NCBI GenBank assembly: GCA_951406725.2
Contig: OX597820.1
Span: 4,898,001 to 4,962,000 of the forward strand
Length of the DNA stretch: 64,000 nucleotides
Reading direction: 5' to 3'
DNA from: Octopus vulgaris
Taxonomy: Eukaryota
Below are positions 52,579 to 64,000 of this stretch, one piece after another. The translations under genes and the position numbers were made by a program. The number at the start of each line of letters is the position of its first letter. The first letter of the stretch is position 1. Below the pieces are notes generated by a model that worked only from the letters and a program-made list of their open reading frames with translations, did no database searches and was not told where the DNA came from.

Positions 52579-52669
52579 ATTCTTGAGTCCCAGACAGAAA
52601 ATAAACTGTTTTTACTTCAGATTTTTATAAATTTTTACTGATATTTGATAAGATGAGACATATCGAAAC

Positions 52670-52890
52670 CAGAGAGAGGGAGAGAGAGAAAAGAGAGAGA
52701 GAGAAAAGAGAGAGAGAGAAAAGAGAGAGAGAGAGAAAAGAGAGAGAGCAAAGAGAGAGAGAGAGAGAAAGAAAAAGAAAAAGAGAGGGAAAAAGAAAAA
52801 GGAGAAAGGGGGAGAAAAGGGGGAGAGAGAGAGAGAGAAAAGCGGGAGAGAGAAGAGAGAAGAAAGAAAAGAGAGAGAAAGAGAGAGGGA
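52670..52890. repeat. Polypurine (GA)-rich tract
   Basis: Visible. Confidence 0.9.
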
Positions 52891-53686
52891 GCATTCGAGT
52901 CTGATTTGCCTGAATTTATAGTAACGGGTCGTTGGAGCGGCTTAAATATACTATTGCACCTTACACTTGCATTGAGTACTTCTTTTGTAGGTCATTATAG
53001 CAACGGTATTTATATAAAGGGGTGGGAGAATGGCTGTGTTGAAATTGCAAGCTATAACTTCATCCACCTCCTTTTTGTACCCCATAAACATCGACATTCA
53101 AAAGAAAAAGAGAATTAAAAAAATAAAATGGCCGACGATTGAGGGTGAACGGAAGTTTGTGAACGCCGCCATAAAATGAAAGCTTATCTGGAGAAATAAA
53201 AGCCTTTTAGAATTACATTCAAACTATAAGGAAATCCTATTTTAAGGAAGTTATTTCATTCACGCCATCTTTTCTCACTCATACCACTACCACTGTCGCC
53301 TGCGCCACCAGCGCCATCTACATTTATTGAATCTGTATCGTCTTTATCACGATAGTCTTTATCATTATTGCCGTTATTGGCCTTTCTCTATCTATTGGGG
53401 TGGTGGTGGTGATGACAATTGTGATTAGGATTATGCTCGTGCTGGTGGTGGTGATGATGATGATATGATGATGGTGGTGACGGCGGTAGAAGTTATATGA
53501 GAGAGAAAGGGTTGTGGGTAGAGTACAACGGAAGTGTGAAGTAGCCAGAGATAAAGATGCTCTTATCTTTATCAATAAAGCTACACAAAATAGCAACAAC
53601 AAACACCACATCATTATCCCCACTACTGCCAGAAGTAACCACAACCACCACCACCACAACAACCAAGTATTCATACATACATATAC

Positions 53687-53721
<35 letters not shown>

Positions 53722-53811
53722 CGTGTTTAATCTTCGTTTTCCTATAAATATCCAGCCAAGTTGCGAGTTCTAAAAACTCTATACGAGGTTGTAAGTAGTA
53801 ACTCTACTGAA

Positions 53812-54094
53812 AAAGTAATGGTTGTTACCACCACGACGCGGTTGTTCCGTGTTGAACACTGTCACTCGTCTTTTTAACCCCAGGAGGACACCTCCTCAGC
53901 TGGTGGTAAACGACACAATATCTGCGTCTGTTTATATTGCAAACTCGCTCCCTTGGTTAACGACACAATATAACAGACGGAGGTAGTGTGTCGTTTACCA
54001 CCAGCTGGAGGAGGTGTCCTTCAAGGGTTAAAAAAGACTAGTAACAGTGTTCTATGCAGAACGATCACGTTGAGGTGGTAGCAACCATTACTTT
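53812..54094. mobile_element. Fold-back (palindromic) MITE-like element, ~125-bp arms
   Basis: aaagtaatggttgttaccacc...ggacacctcctcagctggtggtaaacgacac versus gtgtcgtttaccaccagctggaggaggtgtcc...ggtggtagcaaccattacttt. Confidence 0.75.
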
Positions 54095-54139
54095 CCCAAG
54101 TTCTACCGAAGTAAAACTAAGTGATTGTTATAGCGCTGT

Positions 54140-54357
54140 TATTCTTTTCTGCTCTAGGCACAACGTCCGAAATTTGTGGGGAGGGGACCAGTTGATTAGA
54201 TCGACCCCAGTGCGCAACTGATACTTAATTTATTGATCCCGAACGGATAAAAGGCAAAGTCGACCTCGGCGGAATTGGAACTCAGAACATAAAGACAGAC
54301 GATGTACCGCTAAGCATTTCGCCCGGCGAGCTAACGTTTCTGCCACATCGTCGCCTT
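54140..54357 (-). mobile_element. SINE family M
   Basis: Reverse consensus; tagcgctgtta on both flanks (TSD). Confidence 0.88.
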
Positions 54358-54431
54358 AGCGCTGTTAGTTATTGTACAAGCAGTAATAATATTTGGAGTA
54401 ACGAGGCGTTTGCTATTGTACTTATAGAATT

Positions 54432-55088
54432 CAGGGCCGGATTCAGACCCATGGGGGCCCCTAAGCACTTAAAAGATTTTGGTGCTTCCATATGTATGGA
54501 ATTTAGGATATAAACGATAAACCGTAAAATAAACTTTTATTTTCCAAAACGAAACAAAACGAAGAATAAGATGAAAAAAAAAAAAAAAGTTTCTTTCTGT
54601 ATTTTCTTCTATTTTATTTATATTTGAAAAGGTTTCTTCTATTTATTTTGATCAGATCCTTACTATGACATCACGAGCACCTTTGAAATTATATTTCCAA
54701 TCATGTAAGCTGCTTCGAATATTATTCTAGCAAAGTAAGGCGACGAGCTGGCAGGAATGTTAGCACGCCGGTCAAAATGTTTAGCGGCATTTCGTCCGTC
54801 CTCATGTTCTGGCTTCAAATTCCGCCAAGGCCGACTTAGCCTTTCATCCTATTGGCATCGATAAAATAAGTATCAGTGAAACACGGCGGGGGAGGGGTGA
54901 TATAATCGACTTGCCCCCTCCCCCGTAGTTGCTGGTTTGGTGCCAAAATTTGAAATCAATATTCTAGCAAGTTTAAAGTGATGTTCTTTTGTGCCGTAAA
55001 CCACTTACCATTTCTGGGGTGCCCCTCCCCCACTGCCTTTGATACCCCAAGCATGAGCTTATTTTGCTTAATGGCTAATCCAACGCTG
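54432..55088. mobile_element. hAT-like non-autonomous element with nested SINE
   Basis: cagggccggatt...aatccaacgctg imperfect termini with subterminal gggccc/gcccct motifs. Confidence 0.5.
54737..54960 (+). mobile_element. SINE family M nested in hAT-like element
   Basis: Family core; tattctagcaa on both flanks. Confidence 0.85.
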
Positions 55089-55127
55089 TATTAATTGAAA
55101 TGGATGTTATAGTAGTAGCACTACAAC

Positions 55128-55188
<61 letters not shown>

Positions 55189-55224
55189 GGTGGCGCTAAC
55201 ATATGTGATGGTTATTGTAGTAGT

Positions 55225-55400
55225 AGTGTCTTTTACTTGTTTCGGTCATTAGACTGCGGCCATGCTGCGGCATCGCATCGAAGAATTTTAGTCGAATGAA
55301 TCGATCCCTGTACTTAGTCTATCCATGTCTTTTGCTGAAACAGTTAAGTTTGAGGGATGTTAACACACCAACAGCGGTTGTCAATCGTCGGTAGTGGGGC
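55225..55400 (-). mobile_element. SINE family K 3' half
   Basis: ttttacttgtttcggtcattagactgcggccatgctg. Confidence 0.7.
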
Positions 55401-55513
55401 ACACACACATATATATATATACACACATGTATATACATATATATATACATAATTTTTTTTTCATGATGAGATAAAAACCCAAGGATGTGAAGATTTTAGA
55501 ATATTTATAAATA

Positions 55514-55563
55514 GGTCTTACAGCTGTTTCTAGGATATTTATTATATCCCTTCATCGGAGAGG
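55514..55563 (-). ncRNA. Type-I hammerhead motif, U4>C variant
   Basis: tct CCGATGA ag ggatat-aataa-atatcc ta GAAA cagctg TA aga; lies in a segment bounded by TA-rich tracts. Confidence 0.55.
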
Positions 55564-55816
55564 GTGTGAGAAGAGGGTTAAGCAATAGTTAATTTAGATA
55601 AGATACGAAATAGAGAGTGAAGTGGAAGAATGAAAATAGATGTGAGATATGCAGGGATATTGCATTTGTAGATCCATTATTTAGGCAGAATGGTATATAT
55701 GTAAGATTCCAATACCTTGTGAGTAAAATCCAATAGTAGCTAAAACTGGTCATTCCAAGCATAGAGTTTTGTACACTGTGCTATTGAATCAAGGGTTTTA
55801 TTAACAGCTGCACATG

Positions 55817-55872
<56 letters not shown>

Positions 55873-55876
<4 letters not shown>

Positions 55877-56030
55877 GCTGTACTCTTTCGCCACAACTTT
55901 CTCTCACTCTTCCTTCTGTTGGCCTGCTCGCTTAGCCAGCGGAATGGCGTCACTTGAAGGCTATAATAATGCAAAGCACATTGTGACCAGCGATGTATAG
56001 CAACATTTGATAGCCTTGTCGGTCACGGTG
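55873..56030 (+). mobile_element. SINE family R 3' half (tail type 4)
   Basis: ccctgctgtactctttcgccacaactttctctcactct...gcctgctcgcttagccag. Confidence 0.8.
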
Positions 56031-57114
56031 ATGAATATATATATATATATATATATGAGCACACAGACTCACACATTCATATATACACAGTACGAGAGAG
56101 GATAAGAAAATATGTATGAATTTCCATAAAATAAATAATATCCGAAGAAAGAAAATTTTTCTTTACTTTGTGATTATTATTTCAATTTTAAGGTAATAAA
56201 TATTCTTTTCAAAGTATTCATTTCGTAAATTTATATGAACATCAGAAGATTTGATAAAAGTTTAACTTTTATCAAATTTAAATGATAATTATAGCGTGTA
56301 TGCCATATTTTCTGATATTACCCAGGGTGGCAAAAGTATGCTTTCAAAGTATCCCGTCAATGGAAGGAAAACAGCCGAATATCATTTGTATAATTAATTT
56401 TCCCTTTGTACAAAATCGGGTGGCTTCCACTATTAAAAAAAATAACGCTTTTTCATAAAGATCCTTAAATCCATTTGCCACTTCTTTTCCTTTCCTGCTC
56501 AGTCAATTAAGTATACGTATCTCAGAACTTGTATAGTTCTGAGATACGTGTCATTTGGTCGAGATCATTTGCAATACAGGATTTTTAAAAAATAATTATC
56601 TGCAGTGAATATATTTCACACTTCAGTACTGCAATATATCGTACTCTACTTTGTTGATGGAAACCCACCGTGGTTGATTCTATCAATAACTCTTCAAGCC
56701 AATAATGTTACGTATAAAGGTTACATATCTCTGACGATCCGACAATCTTGGTCATGTAATTTATATTACTTAAATAAAGACCTCGTGTTAATGAAATGTA
56801 CGTAAGATGGTGTAACTAAATATCACAAACAATCTCATATTTCATGTTATTAATATACGCGTGTGCGTGAGGGCTGTGTGTGTGTGTGTTTAGAAATAAT
56901 GCTATGATGTACAAGCGGACAATAATGGTTAAAATAAGATAGAATAATCAGAAGATAGGGCAATGAGAAAGCAAATAAAAGATTAAATTTAGTAGATTCT
57001 AGAATTTTATTGAAATAAGTTCCAATAGGATTGTGGCAATTGGGAAGATGAAATCGTAGCAAATCAAAATTATTTTCCTCATCATAATTTTGTATGTACA
57101 TGTGTGTGTGTATG

Positions 57115-57167
<53 letters not shown>

Positions 57168-57186
57168 TAATTTATTATATAGAAGG

Positions 57187-57237
57187 AGCTTCTACAGGAC
57201 TAGAACTGTTTCATTCAAGAGAAATCTTCAGGAAGCT
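57187..57237 (-). ncRNA. Type-I hammerhead ribozyme (left arm)
   Basis: Exact reverse complement of 58160-58210. Confidence 0.65.
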
Positions 57238-57457
57238 AGTTAACAAGAATTGTATTGGCATTTATACATTTAGGCAGGTTTAAAGGGGTGTTGGTGGGGG
57301 ACTTTTTGGGGGTAGGCATAGCGCAAAATATCATACTTGGGGGAGTGGTCAAGGAGTCAAAAGTAATAAATGAAGATAATAAAATTAAAATTAGGGAATG
57401 GGTCTGTATTTGTATGTGTATATATATGTGTGTATGTGTAGGTATGCATAGGTACAC

Positions 57458-57537
<80 letters not shown>

Positions 57538-58159
57538 ATGTATGTGTGTGTATATATGTGTGTATGTGTATATATATATATATGTGTATATAGGGACTAG
57601 TGTGCTGTGTGTGCATGTGTGTGTGTGGATATGTGTGTGTATGCGTGTATGTGAGTATGTGTGTTTATGTGTATATATATTTTTCTGTGTGTATATGTAT
57701 GTGTGGTCGTGTGTGTATATATACATGTGTGTATACGTGTATGCATGTGAGTGTGTGTATGTATACATATATGTGTATGTGTAGATATGTATGTGTAAGT
57801 GTATATATATGTATATATGTGTGTGTGTATGTATGTGTGTATGTATATGTATATATGTTTGTATGTGTGTGTATATATGTATACATATGTGCATAGGTAT
57901 AAGTGAGAATCTCCTTATTTACCTAAAACTCTATTCCCTTTTTTTTATATATATTTTTATATTTTTTATATTTTTTTTTATTTTTTTATATTTTTTTATT
58001 TTTTTTTTTTTTATTTATTCTTCTATCTAATTTAACACTGACTCCTTGACCACTCCCCAAGTATGATATTTTGCGCTATGCCTACCCCCAAAAAGTCCCC
58101 CACCAACACCCCTTTAAACCTGCCTAAATGTATAAATGCCAATACAATTCTTGTTAACT

Positions 58160-58210
58160 AGCTTCCTGAAGATTTCTCTTGAATGAAACAGTTCTAGTCC
58201 TGTAGAAGCT
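58160..58210 (+). ncRNA. Type-I hammerhead ribozyme (right arm)
   Basis: agcttc CTGAAGA t-ttc-tctt-gaa-t GAAA cag-ttctagtc-ctg TA gaagct; 6-bp stem I, GUA cleavage triplet. Confidence 0.65.
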
Positions 58211-58293
58211 CCTTCTATATAATAAATTAATTTTATTCTGCAATGTATTGAGTACCTTATTTACTGTGGTTAACCCCGAATCAACCCGGGACC

Positions 58294-58378
<85 letters not shown>

Positions 58379-59449
58379 GTACACAGTGAGTGTACATGTG
58401 TATCTATGCTTATGTCATTTATGTTTAAGAGCAAGCTTCTTGAGTGTAGTGTGTTTGTTTCTACTATTACAATGTTGTTCATACGTATGTTCTCATTAAT
58501 ATAGCTTGGTGCATATGTACGTGTTGCTCTTTAATATAATGTACACACACACACAAGTCTACAAGTGTGTGTTTGTGCTCTTACAGTGTTGTGCATATGT
58601 ATATGTTTATGCTTATACAGTGCAGTGTGTGCGATCACATGTATATTTGTGGGCGGGTGTTTATGTAAATAGTGTTTTTATACATGTATATATATATGTG
58701 TGTGTGTGTGTTTATGCTAAAACGGTGTGGTATATATGTTTTTGTGCATGTATCTCTGTGTGTAGGTTTACGCCAGGGACAGAGTGAGTGGAGGGTTGTT
58801 GAACCACTCCTCATTAGAACGTCTCATGTTTGTTATGGCAAACATCTTATCTCCAAACCACAATAGATAAAACAATACGGAGTGGAGGGGAGGTTGTGCG
58901 AGAGAAAGGCCAGACTTGTCGGGTTCTTACAATGTAAAGCGGCAGACTACATCGAAATAAATGTTCGTTATCGTCATTTCGAGAAGGAGAAACCACTCAA
59001 AATCGCATACAAAGTCATTCCCGTAGTAAAGCGACACATCTGGTATGTGTGGTGAGTGGTGTACGAACGATGCGGAAGTTGAGCGAGCATTGTCTTCTTA
59101 ATCTAGGTTTGAGTGGTCTTCTGAAGAGTGTATAAGGAGTATATCTAGGAAATTAGACAGCAGGAATGTTGGCAACTGTTTGCTGGGTGTTTGTAGCTTT
59201 CTGGTCTGTTCATTGCTTCAGCGTCTGTAGAAGACGAGTACTTGTTGTTGTACATTGCAGGGTGGGGATAGAGTTCACGAGTCTTCCGTATACAAGTGTA
59301 TTATTATTATTATTATTATTATTCGATTGATTTAAGGGGGGTCTTACCCCCAATTGACATTATGTGTTGGCAGGCTGGTCGGTTGACTGGTTAGTGAGCT
59401 GGCTGGTAAAGAGTCTGTGAGAGAATCCTTGCAATACATACACACATAA

Positions 59450-59494
<45 letters not shown>

Positions 59495-60443
59495 CTATTC
59501 TTAATTAATTATGTTAATCTGGGGCTTAAACAAACCTGTCGGACAGTGACGGACTCAATAAAGACACGTGGAGTGATTATTTATGAGTTTTAAAGAAATG
59601 ATAGAGTTTTAAATCACATATAAGGCTTAACATATTTTGAGGGCATGATTGTTTTCACGGTCTCACTTCTCCGGCCCCAGTGACTTCAAATTGCTCCGTT
59701 TCGAAGTGTGCTTAAACTAGACTCGAGAGAATGGGCAAATGGTACTCGGAGTTATTTTATTGTAAATTCGACCCGAAACCAGTAAAGGGTTTCATAACTA
59801 AATGTTTACGAGCATTCATTACGCAAGAAACGTTTACACACACACACACACACACTTGAAGACAGACAGATGTAAATGCGTAAAGAGCCTTTGCACCTTA
59901 AGTGTTTCTTTGATAAGAACTTCAGATTGAAGCGAATCGACATTCCAGTTTTAATTATTGAAGTAAAAACAAAAGGCTTGTCTTATGTTCATGGAAAATT
60001 GATGGCTGTGTGTAGGTACACACCCTACCCTGCAGCAGATCTGGGTGGAATAAGGGTGTGCGGTTGTGTGAACGAATGCTTTGAGATTTGGAGAAGTGCA
60101 TGTTTACATTAATCTAAGTGATAGTGTGTTAATAGGTATGCATGTGTGTGTATATGATCTTATGAGTGTATGTGTTTGTGTGGTGTGTGTACTACGTATG
60201 TGTGCTTGTAGAATCATGGATGCGAGTGTGTTTGTGTGTGTGTATGTAGAGAGAGATACGAGGTAGATGTTTCTAGAAGTACATGTTTACATTTGTATAA
60301 GTAGCGGTAATTGTGTTTATGTGTGTGTACGTATATGGGGGGGGGGATATATCTGCATGTTTGTGTGTGTTTATGCGTGTATATGTAGTTATGTATATGA
60401 TTATGTGTGTGTTTGTGCGTAAGTGATGTTGTTGGTGATCTCC

Positions 60444-60491
<48 letters not shown>

Positions 60492-60722
60492 ATACATAAT
60501 CTGAATAAAATGAAAGTGCGAGTGCGTATGTATATGTCAATGTATGTATGCGTAGATGTCTTTGGTTTGTCGTGTTTATGTGAACGTGTGCGCGCGCACA
60601 CAAAGATTTTTAATATCTACCCGAGTATATACAGAATTACTTGTATGTGTGTGTAATTACGTGTAGTTCGTTTAAGCACCTTTACGTTTCATATGATAGG
60701 ATATATATACACACATACACAT

Positions 60723-60761
<39 letters not shown>

Positions 60762-60934
60762 GTAAATATTAGATCGGACCTATTTCTAGCACTAGAGTTA
60801 ACATATTCAAAGTTGACTCTCTAATATTTACGGATAAATATGAATTTGTGTCCCCGGTTTTTTGTGCTAGGTCGCTTGGTGTTAAAATAAGGGTATTATT
60901 GAATTAATATCTATAATTTTATTCACCCTCATTA

Positions 60935-60982
<48 letters not shown>

Positions 60983-60995
60983 CACATCATATATA

Positions 60996-61254
60996 TTGGG
61001 TTGGTGCATAATTATTGCGGCCTATTTTCAAAAGTTTTATTCAACAAAAACAATAACGACATGTAACAAAACCATCTTTAAATGATTATTCCGGAGCATA
61101 TTCACCATCCACTTCAATTGCTGCTTCCCATTTGCTTGGCAGGCGGTGTGATCGTCATTTAAAGATGTTTTTGTTGAATAATTGTTATTGTTTTTGGTGA
61201 ATAAAATTTGTTGTAAAAAAAAAAAAAACTCGCAATAATTATGCACCAACCCAA
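60996..61254. mobile_element. Mariner MITE with Hsmar1/Made1-like TIRs
   Basis: TA|ttgggttggtgcataattattgcg...cgcaataattatgcaccaacccaa|TA, with further subterminal inverted similarity. Confidence 0.88.
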
Positions 61255-61279
61255 TATAAACATCACATATACATATATA

Positions 61280-61562
61280 GGCGCAGGAGTGGCTGTATGG
61301 TAAGTAGCTTGCTTACGAACCACATGGTTCCAGGTTCACTCTCACTGTGTAACACCTTGAGCAAGCGTCTTCTACTATAGCCTCGCGCCGACCATAGGCT
61401 TGTGAATGGATTTGGAAAATGAAAGAAGTCCGTCATATATATGTAAATGTATATATATATATATATATGTGTTGTGTGTGTGTGTCGCTCAACAACCGAT
61501 GTTGGTGTGTTTACATCCCCGTAACTTAGCCCTTCGGCAAAACAGACCAATAAAATAAATAC
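61280..61562 (+). mobile_element. SINE family K
   Basis: ggcgcaggagtggctgtatggtaagtagcttgc...caccttgagcaagcgtc...ccccgtaacttagc. Confidence 0.85.
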
Positions 61563-62573
61563 TATATATATATACAAAGAGAGAGAGAGTTAAAAAACAT
61601 TGTAAATTCACAAACGAACGGAAAGCAGACACAGAAGGTCCCCAACTACTCAGTTATGAGATTGTCAAACGCAATTTCGTGCCTTTATACACACGCGCGT
61701 GCGCGCATCTACGTGTAAAGGATAAGCACTTTTGCGTGCGTGTACCCTTGCGGCAAATGATTTAAAGTTGAAACATCACAAAATTACAAGTTTGTATTTT
61801 GACGTATACATCACGAAGTACACGTTTTTGAAAGCACCAGAGGGGTTTAAAAGATAGTTTGAAAGTGGTTTTTGCTTCTAGAATTACGGAGCTGTGCTTG
61901 TTTGACGATGTGTTGAAACAGACGTTTATGTCGTAGTAACATTTTTTAAAGAACCATAAGAAAGTTGGGCTCACTTTTCATTTATTTCTTAATGCCGTAG
62001 TCTATGAAATATTATTTTCGTCACACTTCTGCGAACCCCTCACTAGCAATTACATTAAGTGAGTTGTAGTGGAATTATTCCTGTGGAATATTTACTAAGG
62101 AATTGTGCAACGCAAATTGTGACCCCTCAAGAAATGAAAGAAGTGAATATCAGGGTTTTGTGTTTGCTTACAATTGTTAAAACATTCCTTTGTCGGTAAG
62201 ATTGTTTCATAATGAGACAAGGTAAAATAAGCACATATCTATTACCTTCTGTTTTCACTGACATGCAATAAGAATGCGGCAAGGAGAAATGGTAAGACGC
62301 ATTATTCAAGCCAAACCAACGGGCAGGAGAACGAAATGGTTGGATATTAAGGCCTAGTTTCAAATGGTCATGCCTGGGAATCCAGTAGAAAGTATGACTT
62401 GCTTCTGACAGGACTCGAAGGACGAGATGCATGAGGGCTCTACGTCTAAGAACCCTCATAGGAATAGTGGGCAGAAAAACTGGATGGATAGATGGATATA
62501 TTTTGTCTGTGTTTGTGATAGAAAATAAATCTCCAATTTTACAAAAAAAATTAATATTTAATAGATTTAAAAC

Positions 62574-62760
62574 ATGAAAACATACAAAAAGCATTTCCAT
62601 GTGTCAAGATCATCGTCTGAGCGGGGTAAGGAGTGGATTTATGTCTTCAAATGTCTTGAACAAACTGGTTCCACAAAGGAATCTCCCCCCGCTCCAAAAA
62701 GACCACGTTCTGTAAACCATTTTAGAATATATTCCGAAAGTAGAAAATCCTGTGACGGGA
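62574..62760 (+). pseudogene. Tc1/mariner-superfamily transposase N-terminal HTH fragment
   Basis: YKKHFHVSRSSSE...EQTGSTKESPPAPKRPRSV resembles F.ETGS....GRPRSVRT HTH linkers. Confidence 0.4.
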
Positions 62761-63070
62761 GAAATTTACATAATGGTAATTTGCATATATTATTGTGGAA
62801 TAAAATTAGTAAAAGTTGATAAATAAAATACATTTTAAAACCCTAAGTGGCATTTCAGTCACCATGTATAACACGCCTACAACAACAAAGAAAAAAAATA
62901 TATATATGTGTGTGTGTGTCCCCCTTCAATATCTATAGATATACGCTTACACGAACGCGCATACACACACCACCTTTTAAATACAGCCATTCATGCACTC
63001 CTATATACGTGCATATGTCTGTGTGTGTGTCTAGGTTATGTATAAATACATACCTACGTGTGTGTGTGTG

Positions 63071-63108
<38 letters not shown>

Positions 63109-63112
63109 GACT

Positions 63113-63390
63113 GTCGGTTACGACGACGAGGGTTCCAGTTGTCCCGATCAACGGAACAGCCTGCTCGAATTAACGTGCAAGTGGCTGAGCATTCCACACA
63201 CACACATGCACCCTTGACGCAGTTCTCGGGGAGATACAATGTGACAAGGCTGGCCCTTTGAAATACAGGTACAACAGAAACAGGAAGAAAGAGTGAAAGT
63301 TGTGGTGAAAGAATACCGCAGGGTTCGCCACCACCCTCTGCCAGAGCCTTGTGGAGCTGTAGGTGTTTTCACTCAATAAACACCCGGACT
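63113..63390 (-). mobile_element. SINE family R (tail type 1), head truncated
   Basis: gtcggttacgacgacgagggttcc...gtggagctgtaggtgttttcactcaataaacac. Confidence 0.82.
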
Positions 63391-63412
63391 GGGATATATC
63401 TATCTGTCTGTC

Positions 63413-63457
<45 letters not shown>

Positions 63458-63461
<4 letters not shown>

Positions 63462-63684
63462 ATCTCTCGCCACATCGCAGTTCACCTATTGCGGTTTATT
63501 ATCTAAGCTTGCGCCAATTCATCCGTGGTGTTGTTTTGCATTTAGAATAAAATAAATATATACAAATTATAAATATATACAAATAATAAAAAATATACAG
63601 TACTGTTTCTAGTTTACTTGGCGGACTTTCACCTATCGCGGGGTGCTTTGGGACGCACCACTCGCAATAGTCGAGGGGTGAATG
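63458..63684. mobile_element. Tigger/pogo-like MITE (same family as 14378)
   Basis: agtaatctctcgccacatcgc...cgcaatagtcgagggg; shared internal gccaat...ccgtggtgttgttttgcattt. Confidence 0.65.
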
Positions 63685-63704
63685 TGTGTGTGTATATATA
63701 TATA

Positions 63705-63918
63705 TTTCTTTACTGCCCACAAGGAGCTAAACATAGCGGGGACAAACGAGGACAGACAAAGGGGTTAAGTCGATTACATCGAGCCCAGTGCGAAACTGGT
63801 ACCTTATTTATCGACCTCGAAAGGATGAAAGGCAAAGTCGACCTCGGCCTAATTTGAACTCAGAACGTAACGACAGACGAATTACCACTTAGCATTTCGC
63901 CCGGCGCGCTAACGTTTC

Positions 63919-63922
<4 letters not shown>
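63705..63922 (-). mobile_element. SINE family M in a (TA)n tract
   Basis: Reverse consensus. Confidence 0.88.
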
Positions 63923-63977
<55 letters not shown>

Positions 63978-64000
63978 TGTATGTATGTATGTATGCACAC

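Larger units (their letters stand above)
57167..58295. mobile_element. PLE-type element with near-perfect 193-bp inverted repeats between (TA)n tracts
   Basis: 57167-57359 is the reverse complement of 58039-58230 with one G/C-run indel; each arm carries an HHR. Confidence 0.75.

Overview
Repeat-dominated, AT-rich animal genomic DNA (intergenic or deep intronic). I find no supportable host protein-coding exon. The SINE families, RTE LINE and microsatellite load suggest a cephalopod (Octopus-like) genome; this is inference. Most ORF-track entries are micro/minisatellite artefacts. The only substantial real ORF is a 5'-truncated RTE-clade reverse transcriptase (48541-49894). The rest comprises about 30 tRNA-derived SINE copies from three families, five non-autonomous Helitrons, several Tc1/mariner/pogo MITEs, decayed mariner and Tc1 transposases, relics of R4/Dong, CR1, RTE and Penelope-like (PLE) retroelements, and a 2.1-kb 20-bp minisatellite. 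The most interesting signal is a set of type-I hammerhead ribozyme (HHR) motifs in short elements beside (TA)n/(TG)n tracts. One element (50625-50994) joins a tRNA-like Pol III head to an intact-looking minimal hammerhead and carries an inverted partial copy of its own 3' end, so it is a candidate Penelope-mobilised ribozyme SINE. A second (57167-58230) is a near-perfect 193-bp inverted repeat with a hammerhead in each arm. Family assignments come from motif recognition by eye, not database searches, and boundaries of degenerate copies are approximate.
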